Below are positions 1 to 9,091 of a DNA stretch of 59,283 bases, in pieces. Each line of letters begins with the position of its first letter. Positions within the stretch are counted from its first letter, which is position 1. Location: assembly GCA_046861395.1 (NCBI GenBank), contig JBHHUC010000006.1:1-59283 (forward strand), written 5' to 3'. Under the pieces are notes generated by a model, which worked only from the letters and a program-made list of their open reading frames with translations, was not told where the DNA came from and did no database searches. A program made the translations under genes and the position numbers. The DNA comes from Fidelibacterota bacterium (lineage in GTDB: Bacteria; Fidelibacterota; Marinisomatia; Marinisomatales; JABMOV01).

Positions 1-200
1 CCGATAGAAATAAATGCCACTTGCCAGGTTACGGGCATCGAATTTTACTTCCCGGATTCCCGGTGCTTGCTGCTCCTGGACCAGAACGGCCACTTCCTGG
101 CCCAGTATATCATAGACCGCCAATTTCACCGCCGTTTGCTCCGGTAATTCATAACGAATGGTCGTGATGGGATTGAAAGGATTGGGGTAATTGGGATGGA
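1..200. repeat. CTD-encoding repeat copy A (partial)
   Basis: About 13 mismatches vs copy C over 174 bp (manual count). Confidence 0.9.
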
Positions 201-2208
201 GGTAGAAGTTTTTCGGACCAAGGGCTGATTCGGGGTTTGTGGTTAAAGCATCGGCAATCCAAGCCATTGCGCTTTGCAAAGGCCCGTCCGGTTCCATTCC
301 AACCCAGTGGTAGGACGGCGAAGTATTTAGAGCCAGAGGGTCAAAAGTGAATGCGACGATTCGGCTACCATTATTAGTTTCGTAGTAAATCCCAACGGGA
401 AGCGTATCATTGCCGGTGGGAATCCCGGTCGAGTCCAGGATACCGGATACACCATAGAATGCCACCGATACTCCGAGCGAAGGGGCCAACGCATCCAGCC
501 AGTTACTGTGTCCCAATTCATGATAAGGATCATAGTTCAGATATAAACTATCCCCCAAGAAGGATGCAATGGTCCCACTTATTGGATTATCTTCCAACGG
601 AATAATTCTACTTGATCCATACTGATCTCCAGAAAACTGGTAGTTGATATCGACGTAACAATTATCGATCAAAAGATTTGGAGGCACTATACAAGTAAAA
701 ATCTCATGCTGGAGCCACTCATCACCGGCAATTAAGTAATGACCGCCGGTATCGATGAAATCACCAATTTCCTGAATATACACATACGCCGGAATTTCAC
801 CGGTAAGTTCGATCACTGCGCGATAATGGTCAAACAGATCGGCTGAGGCCAGATCGTATTCGAAAGTATTCCAGACATCATAATCCACTGGTGCATTGGG
901 AATAAGGGGCCAGCCCGGAGGGAAAAAGGTCCCGAGGGAATAATTTACAAGGACTAAAAAATCATTTATTGGTTCAAAAATGAAATAGGACTGAATGGTT
1001 ATCTCAGACGTTTGGCCATTAACATCCACGGCACGGATATACCAGTCAATATTGGTCCCCGGTGGCTGGCCGGGAATAACCCCGGTGAAAGTATCATCAC
1101 CATTATCCATCATCATAACAGTAGACCATGTAATCTGGCCGTCAATGGAATAGTAAATAAGGGCTGAATCAACACCAGCGGACCCCCCGGATGGATTATC
1201 ATCAATAATTGTCGCTGTTACTTCCCGGTTCGCTGTAGATAGCGTTGTTAATAATGGTGTCCATTCCAGGATTTGCGGTGCCCGGTCGCCGGTCAGCAAT
1301 ACGGCCAATTCAAAATTAAAAATCCAGTGCCGAATATGCCAGCCGCCGTTACCGGACGTTCCCGTACAATCGTGGTAGAATTTAAGGCTTACCCAGGGAT
1401 CGACCAATCCGTCACCCTCCGAATAGGAAAACCCTGTAACATCATCATCACCACCGCCGGTACCGGTAAATCGAACCAGGATACCGATCCACGTACCGGT
1501 AGCAACAAAGGGTTCAGAGCCAAAATCGCCCGTATTGATCCAGAAATTTCCTCCCCCGTCAACATAGGCAGGATGATTGGCCGGTGTAAGCGTTACGGAT
1601 GTAACACTATCGGGCCAAATCTGCCCATTAAGATGAATACTGTCCGGGGGATATGAGTCAAAATCAGCCAATGGGTCGACGGCCAGTTGCGCCACTGATT
1701 GTCCGGGGTTACAAATTCCGGCTGTTCCTCCGGGCGTATATTCATTCCCCATGATGGAGACCCAGCCGCTGTCATTCATGTCATATCCGCCAATCCAACC
1801 GTTTCCATCAACAACATCGGGCGGATATTGAGTTGAGTCTGCCCTGTAAGGGTAATTTAGTTTATGCAAAGAAACAGTTAATTCCTGATCACCGGTACCC
1901 CATTCATACACGGGAACATTCACGCCTTTTAGGTAACCATCAGCTGGCATTTGGAAAACTGTCATCATGGCATCGCCGGGACTCATAATGAATTGATAGT
2001 TCCAGTTTCTGGAGTAAAAAAGAGTATCCGCCGAATCTCGGTAATATGCAGTTGTAGGGCGGGAATAAGATACCGTGTTAGCAGCCTTTATCTCATCACG
2101 AATTTCCGTATTGTTGCTACCATATGGTTGTTGGGATAAAATTGCGGAAAGAAGAATCAGGCAACAAACAATTTGTTTATAAATAAAATTTATTCTCCTG
2201 TGTGCCAT
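1..2208 (-). CDS. Secreted protein with T9SS type A-like (FlgD Ig-like) C-terminal sorting domain; 3' end truncated by the window edge
   Basis: Not in the ORF track. Manual reading from ATG at 2208 gives no in-frame stop down to base 1 (736 codons). N-terminus MAHRRINFIYKQIVCCLILLSAILSQ is signal-like; C-terminus HPNYPNPFNPITTIRYELPEQ...NLASGIYFYR. Confidence 0.9.
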   Translation of the reverse strand, partial: MAHRRINFIYKQIVCCLILLSAILSQQPYGSNNTEIRDEIKAANTVSYSRPTTAYYRDSADTLFYSRNWNYQFIMSPGDAMMTVFQMPADGYLKGVNVPVYEWGTGDQELTVSLHKLNYPYRADSTQYPPDVVDGNGWIGGYDMNDSGWVSIMGNEYTPGGTAGICNPGQSVAQLAVDPLADFDSYPPDSIHLNGQIWPDSVTSVTLTPANHPAYVDGGGNFWINTGDFGSEPFVATGTWIGILVRFTGTGGGDDDVTGFSYSEGDGLVDPWVSLKFYHDCTGTSGNGGWHIRHWIFNFELAVLLTGDRAPQILEWTPLLTTLSTANREVTATIIDDNPSGGSAGVDSALIYYSIDGQITWSTVMMMDNGDDTFTGVIPGQPPGTNIDWYIRAVDVNGQTSEITIQSYFIFEPINDFLVLVNYSLGTFFPPGWPLIPNAPVDYDVWNTFEYDLASADLFDHYRAVIELTGEIPAYVYIQEIGDFIDTGGHYLIAGDEWLQHEIFTCIVPPNLLIDNCYVDINYQFSGDQYGSSRIIPLEDNPISGTIASFLGDSLYLNYDPYHELGHSNWLDALAPSLGVSVAFYGVSGILDSTGIPTGNDTLPVGIYYETNNGSRIVAFTFDPLALNTSPSYHWVGMEPDGPLQSAMAWIADALTTNPESALGPKNFYLHPNYPNPFNPITTIRYELPEQTAVKLAVYDILGQEVAVLVQEQQAPGIREVKFDARNLASGIYFYR

Positions 2209-2282
2209 AGTTCCTTTTTTTATTGTGTAAGAACGATGAACAGATTGAAAATGAAAATACTTACGTACGCGGTGCAGCTCAA

Positions 2283-2536
2283 TCATTTCAAAATAACCAA
2301 TTTTCGCGTTTGCGTAAAGGTCGGTGTTGATAGCCGATAGAAATAGATGTCACTTGCCAGGTTACGGGCATCGAATTCCACTTCCCGGATTCCCGGTGCT
2401 TGTTGCTCATCGACCAGGACGGCCACTTCCTGTCCCAAAATATCATAGATTGCCAATTTCACCGACGTCTGCTCCGGTAATTCATAGCGAATGGTCGTGA
2501 CGGGATTAAAGGGATTGGGATAGTTCTGGTGAAGGT
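2283..2536. repeat. CTD-encoding repeat copy B
   Basis: 2334-2507 matches 3926-4099 with 4 mismatches in 174 bp; 85 bp perfectly identical (2380-2464 = 3972-4056). Confidence 0.95.
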
Positions 2537-3878
2537 TAAACCCAGAGGGGAGAGTAATGGCATTACCGGTGCCCACATTCCAGTGAGTATCCCACCATGT
2601 GCGTAACCAGAGAGCTTGATTTTCCAATCGCACAAGCGCATTTTCATAGGATGTGTCGACAATGGAAATCATGGCAAAAATGACTTCGTTGGAGTCGCCG
2701 GCCGCAAAGTTAAACGGACCGGAGTTTGATAAAAAACCAGCCCCGCCACCACCCCCGGCTGTCCAAAGCCAGCCTTCATTTGTCATGGGGTTGCCATCAT
2801 AAGTGAACGTTGTTGTTTCGCCGGTTACTGGATTTAATATGGGTGAGCCGTCCGGCATTAATCCGGCCATAATATTGCGCTGTTCTTCGGCATTCGCCGG
2901 ATAGGAACCGACATTGCCAAAGGTGTCGCTGTCATCATGGATAGTCCATCCTGACAAAAGCGGCAGGTTCTTTGTGTCGGGAATGGTTTGCCCGAAAAAA
3001 TGACCGGTGTTCCCAGGCGAACTGATCAGGGGACCCTGAAGCATGATATAAGCACAGGCTCGAGGTTTTACACCGCTGATATAGTCATGCGGACTATAGA
3101 TAAACATGTAGTCTCCGTTTACATTATAGCCGCCCCGGTTACCGTTAGCCGGATAAAGATCAATATCGGTCCATAATCCCAGGATGAAATCATCAAGGGA
3201 ATAATTACCGCGGTTAAAAATCTGATATCGGAAAAATATAACATTGGCCAGACTGTCGGCGTTACCGTAGTCCCATACCGTTTCGTGAATTTCGATAGGA
3301 TTGGCGGAGGACTCGGGCCACCCCAGCAATTCTGGAGAAGGGTGAGCATCATTATAAATCATGAAGGATGTTTGTTCACCAATGACTTTCGGCTCACCGG
3401 CAGCCGTATGTGGCGCCCCCCATTGTACAGGCCATTGATTATAATCAACATCGCCTACAGCGCTGTTGTGGTCGATGTGATATATCCGGTACAGTAATGA
3501 ATCCTCCGGGGAGGTAACCATGGCTGCTTCCCCGTTGATAATCGGTCCCTGAGAATATTCAAACCCCCAGCTGGAGGCAGAACTTCTTAATGTGTCCTGA
3601 TTGTATCCCGACATCCAAAGACCATGATCAAAAATAACAGTATTTACCCAAAAGGGGACGTCCCCTCCCCGCCAATATATTCCAATATCGGATATTTGCC
3701 ACTCAAGTTTTCCGATGCTTGTCAGATTAATATGCATTGTGGCTGTATTAACACTCAGCGTATCAAATGGAACGGACTGAGAATAGACCTGAGAAAAATG
3801 TATCATTGCGATGAAAACCAGATATATCATGAGAACCGCCCCTTCCTGTTCTTTTCTATTTTTTACCGACGGGGTCAT
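2283..3878 (-). CDS. Secreted protein with T9SS type A-like CTD
   Basis: Hydrophobic signal-like N-region; C-terminal NYPNPFNPVTTIRYELP...TQTRKLVILK; true start could be a downstream Met. Confidence 0.85.
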   Translation of the reverse strand: MTPSVKNRKEQEGAVLMIYLVFIAMIHFSQVYSQSVPFDTLSVNTATMHINLTSIGKLEWQISDIGIYWRGGDVPFWVNTVIFDHGLWMSGYNQDTLRSSASSWGFEYSQGPIINGEAAMVTSPEDSLLYRIYHIDHNSAVGDVDYNQWPVQWGAPHTAAGEPKVIGEQTSFMIYNDAHPSPELLGWPESSANPIEIHETVWDYGNADSLANVIFFRYQIFNRGNYSLDDFILGLWTDIDLYPANGNRGGYNVNGDYMFIYSPHDYISGVKPRACAYIMLQGPLISSPGNTGHFFGQTIPDTKNLPLLSGWTIHDDSDTFGNVGSYPANAEEQRNIMAGLMPDGSPILNPVTGETTTFTYDGNPMTNEGWLWTAGGGGGAGFLSNSGPFNFAAGDSNEVIFAMISIVDTSYENALVRLENQALWLRTWWDTHWNVGTGNAITLPSGFNLHQNYPNPFNPVTTIRYELPEQTSVKLAIYDILGQEVAVLVDEQQAPGIREVEFDARNLASDIYFYRLSTPTFTQTRKLVILK

Positions 3879-4126
3879 TTCAAAACCACTAGTTTCCGCG
3901 TTTGCGTAAAGGTCGGTGCCGTCAACCGATAGAAATAAATGTCACTTGCCAGGTTACGGGCATCGAATTTTACTTCCCGGATTCCCGGTGCTTGTTGCTC
4001 ATCGACCAGGACGGCCACTTCCTGTCCCAAAATATCATAGATTGCCAATTTCACCGCCGTCTGCTCCGGTAATTCATAGCGAATGGTCGTGACGGGATTG
4101 AAAGGATTCGGATAATTGGGATGGAG
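3875..4126. repeat. CTD-encoding repeat copy C
   Basis: Near-identical to copies A and B. Confidence 0.95.
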
Positions 4127-5302
4127 GACATATTGTTTTGGCAACACGGTCGCCTGTTCCGTGGCAACGAATTCACCATACTGAACCCCGTTAATCGTGG
4201 CCGCTATCAAGGTTCCCTGCCAGCTGCCGTTTTCCTCCATGCCGTAGGACAGGAGGCCGATTCCTTCCGTCAATGTGTAATTGTATCCCACTCCATGCCA
4301 CCATTCATAGGTAATGGTGGGCCTGTTCCCGGGGATGAAATCCATCGTTTCAAGACCGGTTTGGGTAATAACAGCATAAGATTCATTATTGCAAAAATAG
4401 GCCTGGGAGCTGTCAATAATCTGTGACAGATCCAGGAATACAAATTCGGAATCAGTGCAGACATCATCGGGAGAAATATTGTATTGCATGACAGCCAGAG
4501 CCGTCGTGTCAATTCTCAGATAGAAATCATCCGAGCCGAAAAAGGAGTAATACGATTTGCCATTGTCCAGGACGACGGGCTCACCCACCGTTATGGATTC
4601 ATACCCAGTAAAATACGACGGTTGTCCCGCCGGATAACTATAACCGGCATATTGCCATCGATTTCCGATCTGGAGCGGGAAAAAGGACAGGGCAAACAAG
4701 GTGTCGCTTTGGGTTTCCCGAGTAAGGTCCTGGTAGACAATGACAATCCACTTGGCCGGATTGGGATCAAAGGCTCCGACGGTAGGGGGATAAAGGTAGA
4801 GACCGACTTCAAATTCATGCTGGGCGAATTCCCCCATGAAATCTAGATTCAAATCCCGTACGGCATTCCAGGCGGAATCAGCCCGGGCGTACCATTCCAC
4901 TCCCCATTCAGAAGCCTGAAAGGCATACAGGGAATCGGCTGTGATGGACAGGCTGTCCAGATAAACAAAGGAATCCGGCGGGAAAAAATAATCCGGCTGA
5001 TAAATGGCACCTTCACCCATCCAGATAATGGTGGCATGAAACAGGGTGTCGGTCGTAGGCGAATACATGAAGGTAATGGAGCCGAAATCTACGGCCGGCT
5101 GGTTGGCAACGGACAATGGCAGGCTGTCCCGTGGGCAAGCCGGACAGGGGGGCAAGGTGAAAAAGGCAGCGCCCTCAAAGTCGTAGGTTTGATAATCCAG
5201 CTTCAGGATGGCAAAATTGGCTGAATTCGGTTCAGGAATCCCCAGCCCTCCCTGCCCGAGGAGGGAAGCAGTTAGCAGCAGATAAAACAGGGTATTACGC
5301 AT
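3875..5302 (-). CDS. Secreted protein with T9SS type A-like CTD
   Basis: Signal peptide MRNTLFYLLLTASLLG; internal FFPLQIGNRWQY module; C-terminal NYPNPFNP...TQTRKLVVLK; GGAG upstream. Confidence 0.9.
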   Translation of the reverse strand: MRNTLFYLLLTASLLGQGGLGIPEPNSANFAILKLDYQTYDFEGAAFFTLPPCPACPRDSLPLSVANQPAVDFGSITFMYSPTTDTLFHATIIWMGEGAIYQPDYFFPPDSFVYLDSLSITADSLYAFQASEWGVEWYARADSAWNAVRDLNLDFMGEFAQHEFEVGLYLYPPTVGAFDPNPAKWIVIVYQDLTRETQSDTLFALSFFPLQIGNRWQYAGYSYPAGQPSYFTGYESITVGEPVVLDNGKSYYSFFGSDDFYLRIDTTALAVMQYNISPDDVCTDSEFVFLDLSQIIDSSQAYFCNNESYAVITQTGLETMDFIPGNRPTITYEWWHGVGYNYTLTEGIGLLSYGMEENGSWQGTLIAATINGVQYGEFVATEQATVLPKQYVLHPNYPNPFNPVTTIRYELPEQTAVKLAIYDILGQEVAVLVDEQQAPGIREVKFDARNLASDIYFYRLTAPTFTQTRKLVVLK

Positions 5303-5359
5303 GACAACTCCGCGTGCGGGGAGAATTTAACTACATTTATTCTGAAAAGTGGTACTTTT

Positions 5360-5917
5360 TCAGGCCCGGCCACCGATGCCCGACGGAGAAGACAGGTCAA
5401 TCCCAAAGGCCTGGGAAGCCTTATTCCATACTGCACTGGCCGGTGTATGAAAAATCAATCGGGCCGTAGCTTCCTGAAGCAGCCAGTCCCCGTTTTCAAT
5501 TTCCTTTTCCAGTTGTCCCGGACCCCAGCCGGCATGTCCCAGCATCAGCTTATAGTACTCCGGTCCCAAATCACCGGTAATATCCTCCAGTATGGACTTA
5601 TGACTGGTAATGCCAAAGTCTTCGGACACGGTCAGAGTTCCATCCGTAGTATATTTTCCGCTATGGAGCAGAATACCCCGTTCCACCATGACCGGTCCGC
5701 CGAAGAAAACTTCCGGCACGATTTCCAGAAGATTTTCCTGATCATTGAAAAGATCGGTGAACAGCTGTTTTAATTCCAGCTCTTTGAATGGTTTGTTTAT
5801 AATCAACCCCATGGCACCGTCTTCTTTATGTTCGGCCAGAAATACAACGGACTGGGCGAAATACGGGTCTTGTAAATGAGGCATGGCGATTAATAGATGA
5901 TTTTTTAGTGAACCCAT
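5360..5917 (-). CDS. yqgE: YqgE/AlgH family protein (UPF0301)
   Basis: LLIAMP..DPYF, GAMGLIINKP, GGPV, GHAGWGPGQLEKEI motifs. Confidence 0.93.
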   Translation of the reverse strand: MGSLKNHLLIAMPHLQDPYFAQSVVFLAEHKEDGAMGLIINKPFKELELKQLFTDLFNDQENLLEIVPEVFFGGPVMVERGILLHSGKYTTDGTLTVSEDFGITSHKSILEDITGDLGPEYYKLMLGHAGWGPGQLEKEIENGDWLLQEATARLIFHTPASAVWNKASQAFGIDLSSPSGIGGRA

Positions 5918-6054
5918 GCCAAAAGTTATTCACGGACGATTTCTAATGGAAGTATGAAAACGGTATCCAACTCTGGTTTATAGGGTAAATCGTTTTAGGA
6001 TTGTCAGAGGAAAAGCGGTAAATTTTTTGTTCGTAAAAATTTCGGAATCATTGT

Positions 6055-8880
6055 ATGTCCAAACCGTCAACTGCCATCATCATCCGCGGAGCCCGCCAAC
6101 ATAATTTGAAAAATATTGATGTGGATATACCGCGGGATAAACTGGTGGTCATTACCGGGTTATCCGGTTCCGGTAAATCCTCACTGGCCTTTGATACCAT
6201 TTATGCCGAAGGACAGCGCCGTTACGTGGAATCCCTTTCGGCCTATGCCCGACAATTCCTGGGTCTCATGGAGAAGCCCGATCTGGACTATATCGAAGGA
6301 CTTTCCCCAGCCATCTCCATCGAACAAAAAGCCGCTGCCCGCAATCCCCGGTCCACGGTGGGTACGGTGACGGAGATCCATGATTATTTACGCCTCATGT
6401 ATGCCCATATTGGAAAACCATATTGCTGGATATGCGGCAAGCCAATTGAACGACAGACGGTACAACAGATTGTGGACACCGTACTACACTATAAAAGCGG
6501 GACACGAATGATCGTTATGGCACCCGTTATCCGGGGACGCAAGGGGGAACATCGCGGTGTGTTGGATGAAATCAAGCGGGAAGGGTTTTTACGAGTCCGC
6601 ATTGACGATAAAGTCTATGCCATAGATGATACGATAAAACTGAACAAGAATCAGAAACACACTATTGAAGTGGTCATTGACCGGCTGGTATTGGAAAAAG
6701 ATACGCGGGAACGCCTCACCGAATCGGTGGAATTGGCACTGAAAATCGGCTCGGGAACCGTTATCATTCACGATCTGTCCAGCGGCGACCAGCTTTTCAG
6801 CGAACATTTCGCCTGTTCCGATCACCCGGAAGTATCACTGGAAGAAATGTCACCCCGTATGTTTTCCTTCAATTCGCCCTACGGTGCCTGTCCCAAGTGT
6901 GATGGCCTGGGGTCTCACATGGAAATCGATCCGGAACTGGTGGTCCCAGATAAAACCCGGTCGCTGATTCAGGGCGCCATTGCTCCGCTGGGCGAACAAC
7001 CGCGAGGTAACTGGTACGGCAGCATTTTAAAATCCCTGGCCAGTCATTATAATTTCAATTTCACGACCCCCTGGTACAAGTTGGATCCACAAATCCGGGA
7101 AATCCTGCTCTTCGGAACCGGCGACGAGTCCCTCCAGATGTCCTATTCATCAGAACGTTGGTCCGGGACGTACACCGGCGGTTGGGAAGGCACCATTCCC
7201 AACTTGATGCGGCGTTATAAACAAACCCAGTCCAGCGGCATCCGGGAATGGATTGAACAATATATGAGCATGCGTCCCTGCCCGGATTGTGACGGGACCC
7301 GACTGCGCAAGGAATCGCGATCGGTTCAGGTCGGTGATAAACATCTGGGTGAATTATCCCGCCTGGCGGTGAAGGATATTTATACATTCGTGCAAAAATT
7401 GAAATTGAATAAAACCGATACGGTCATATCGGAACAAATATTGAAAGAGGTCAAGGAGCGCCTGGGATTCCTCATTAACGTGGGCCTGGACTACCTGACC
7501 CTGGATCGCAGTGCCGCCACCTTGTCGGGCGGTGAGGCGCAACGGATCCGCCTGGCAACACAAATCGGGTCGCAACTGGTGGGTGTATTGTACATTCTGG
7601 ATGAACCATCCATCGGATTGCACCCCCGGGACAATACCCGCCTACTGAGCACCCTGAAGCGATTGCGCGATATCGGCAATTCGATTCTTGTTGTGGAACA
7701 TGACCAGGAAACCATGGAAGCGGCAGACCATATCATTGACCTGGGTCCCGGTGCCGGCGAACACGGAGGAGAAATTGTGTTTTCAGGAACACCCGCCGAG
7801 CTGGTGGAAAGTGATAAATCCACCACGGCTCTCTACCTCACCGGACGACGGAAAATTCCTGTTCCCCGGCAGCGCCGCAGTGGCAACGGAAAAGAAATCG
7901 TGTTGACCAGGGCCCGCGGTAACAACCTGAAATCCATTACGGTCACATTTCCGCTGGGAAAATTCATTGTAATTACCGGTGTATCCGGCAGCGGGAAAAG
8001 CTCATTGGTGAATGAAACACTCTATCCCATTCTGGCCAAAGAACTTCACCGAGCCAGGAAATATCCTCTCCCCTTTGAAAGTATCAGCGGTCTGGAATTT
8101 CTAGATAAAGTGGTGGACATTGACCAGAAACCCATCGGGCGGACGCCCCGGTCCAATCCCGCCACCTATACGGGCGTATTCACTCATATTCGCGATCTCT
8201 TCAGTCAATTACCGGAATCAAAATTGCGCGGGTACAAACCGGGTCGTTTCAGTTTCAACGTAAAGGGCGGCCGCTGTGAATCCTGTCAGGGGGATGGAAT
8301 CATTAAAATTGAAATGAATTTTCTCCCCGACGTTTATGTGACTTGCGAAGTGTGCAAGGGCAGCCGGTACAACCGGGAAACCCTGGAAGTGACCTACAAG
8401 GACAAATCCATTGCCGATGTCCTGGCCATGTCCGTGGAGGAGGCGTTGACGTTTTTCCAGAACATTCCCTCCATTCGGAAGAAACTTACCACTCTGAAGG
8501 AAGTGGGGTTGGGATATATCCGTCTGGGGCAGCAAGCCACGACCCTTTCCGGCGGCGAAGCCCAACGTGTCAAACTATCCAGCGAACTGTCCCGGGTTTC
8601 CAACGACCGCACCCTGTATATCCTGGATGAACCCACCACGGGTTTACATTTTGAAGATGTTCGCATGTTGCTGGATGTGCTTCAGCGCCTGGTGGACCGG
8701 GGAAACACCGTTATCGTCATTGAACACAACCTGGATGTAATCAAAACAGCGGACTGGATCATTGACCTGGGTCCGGAAGGCGGCGATGAGGGTGGAGAAA
8801 TTATTTATGCCGGACAACCGGAAGACTTGGTTACCATTCCGGCTTCCTACACCGGGCAGTTCCTGAAAGAGGCGCTTTAA
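6055..8880 (+). CDS. uvrA: Excinuclease ABC subunit A
   Basis: GARQHNLKN, two Walker A motifs ([18 protein letters not shown]), LSGGEAQR twice, zinc-finger Cys pairs. Confidence 0.99.
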   Translation: MSKPSTAIIIRGARQHNLKNIDVDIPRDKLVVITGLSGSGKSSLAFDTIYAEGQRRYVESLSAYARQFLGLMEKPDLDYIEGLSPAISIEQKAAARNPRSTVGTVTEIHDYLRLMYAHIGKPYCWICGKPIERQTVQQIVDTVLHYKSGTRMIVMAPVIRGRKGEHRGVLDEIKREGFLRVRIDDKVYAIDDTIKLNKNQKHTIEVVIDRLVLEKDTRERLTESVELALKIGSGTVIIHDLSSGDQLFSEHFACSDHPEVSLEEMSPRMFSFNSPYGACPKCDGLGSHMEIDPELVVPDKTRSLIQGAIAPLGEQPRGNWYGSILKSLASHYNFNFTTPWYKLDPQIREILLFGTGDESLQMSYSSERWSGTYTGGWEGTIPNLMRRYKQTQSSGIREWIEQYMSMRPCPDCDGTRLRKESRSVQVGDKHLGELSRLAVKDIYTFVQKLKLNKTDTVISEQILKEVKERLGFLINVGLDYLTLDRSAATLSGGEAQRIRLATQIGSQLVGVLYILDEPSIGLHPRDNTRLLSTLKRLRDIGNSILVVEHDQETMEAADHIIDLGPGAGEHGGEIVFSGTPAELVESDKSTTALYLTGRRKIPVPRQRRSGNGKEIVLTRARGNNLKSITVTFPLGKFIVITGVSGSGKSSLVNETLYPILAKELHRARKYPLPFESISGLEFLDKVVDIDQKPIGRTPRSNPATYTGVFTHIRDLFSQLPESKLRGYKPGRFSFNVKGGRCESCQGDGIIKIEMNFLPDVYVTCEVCKGSRYNRETLEVTYKDKSIADVLAMSVEEALTFFQNIPSIRKKLTTLKEVGLGYIRLGQQATTLSGGEAQRVKLSSELSRVSNDRTLYILDEPTTGLHFEDVRMLLDVLQRLVDRGNTVIVIEHNLDVIKTADWIIDLGPEGGDEGGEIIYAGQPEDLVTIPASYTGQFLKEAL

Positions 8881-9091
8881 CGGGCAATCATTGTTCCCGC
8901 TGAAAGGGCAAAGATGGGCATTGCCCCACGCCGGAAAATTGTAAGAAATTTCACCTGGTTAATAGCGGCTGAATACCACCTTGGAAGCTGAAGTATTTAT
9001 CACATTTGTTTACAGAACAACGGAAATTGGTCTGGAACGGGAGAAGCCTCAGGCATTCCTGCTTCCGGCCAGTCGAGGATAAGGACGTCAT

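Noticed and set aside
1-4126. CTD repeats as a diversity-generating retroelement TR/VR pair
   Set aside because: Differences are not confined to adenines, all copies are coding, and no reverse transcriptase is in the window.
8882-9091. Hairpin GGGCAAT...ATTGCCC and GGTTAATAGC upstream of the transketolase as a TPP riboswitch
   Set aside because: The core CUGAGA and ACCUGAU elements and the pairing cannot be assembled; an Rfam/Infernal scan would be needed.
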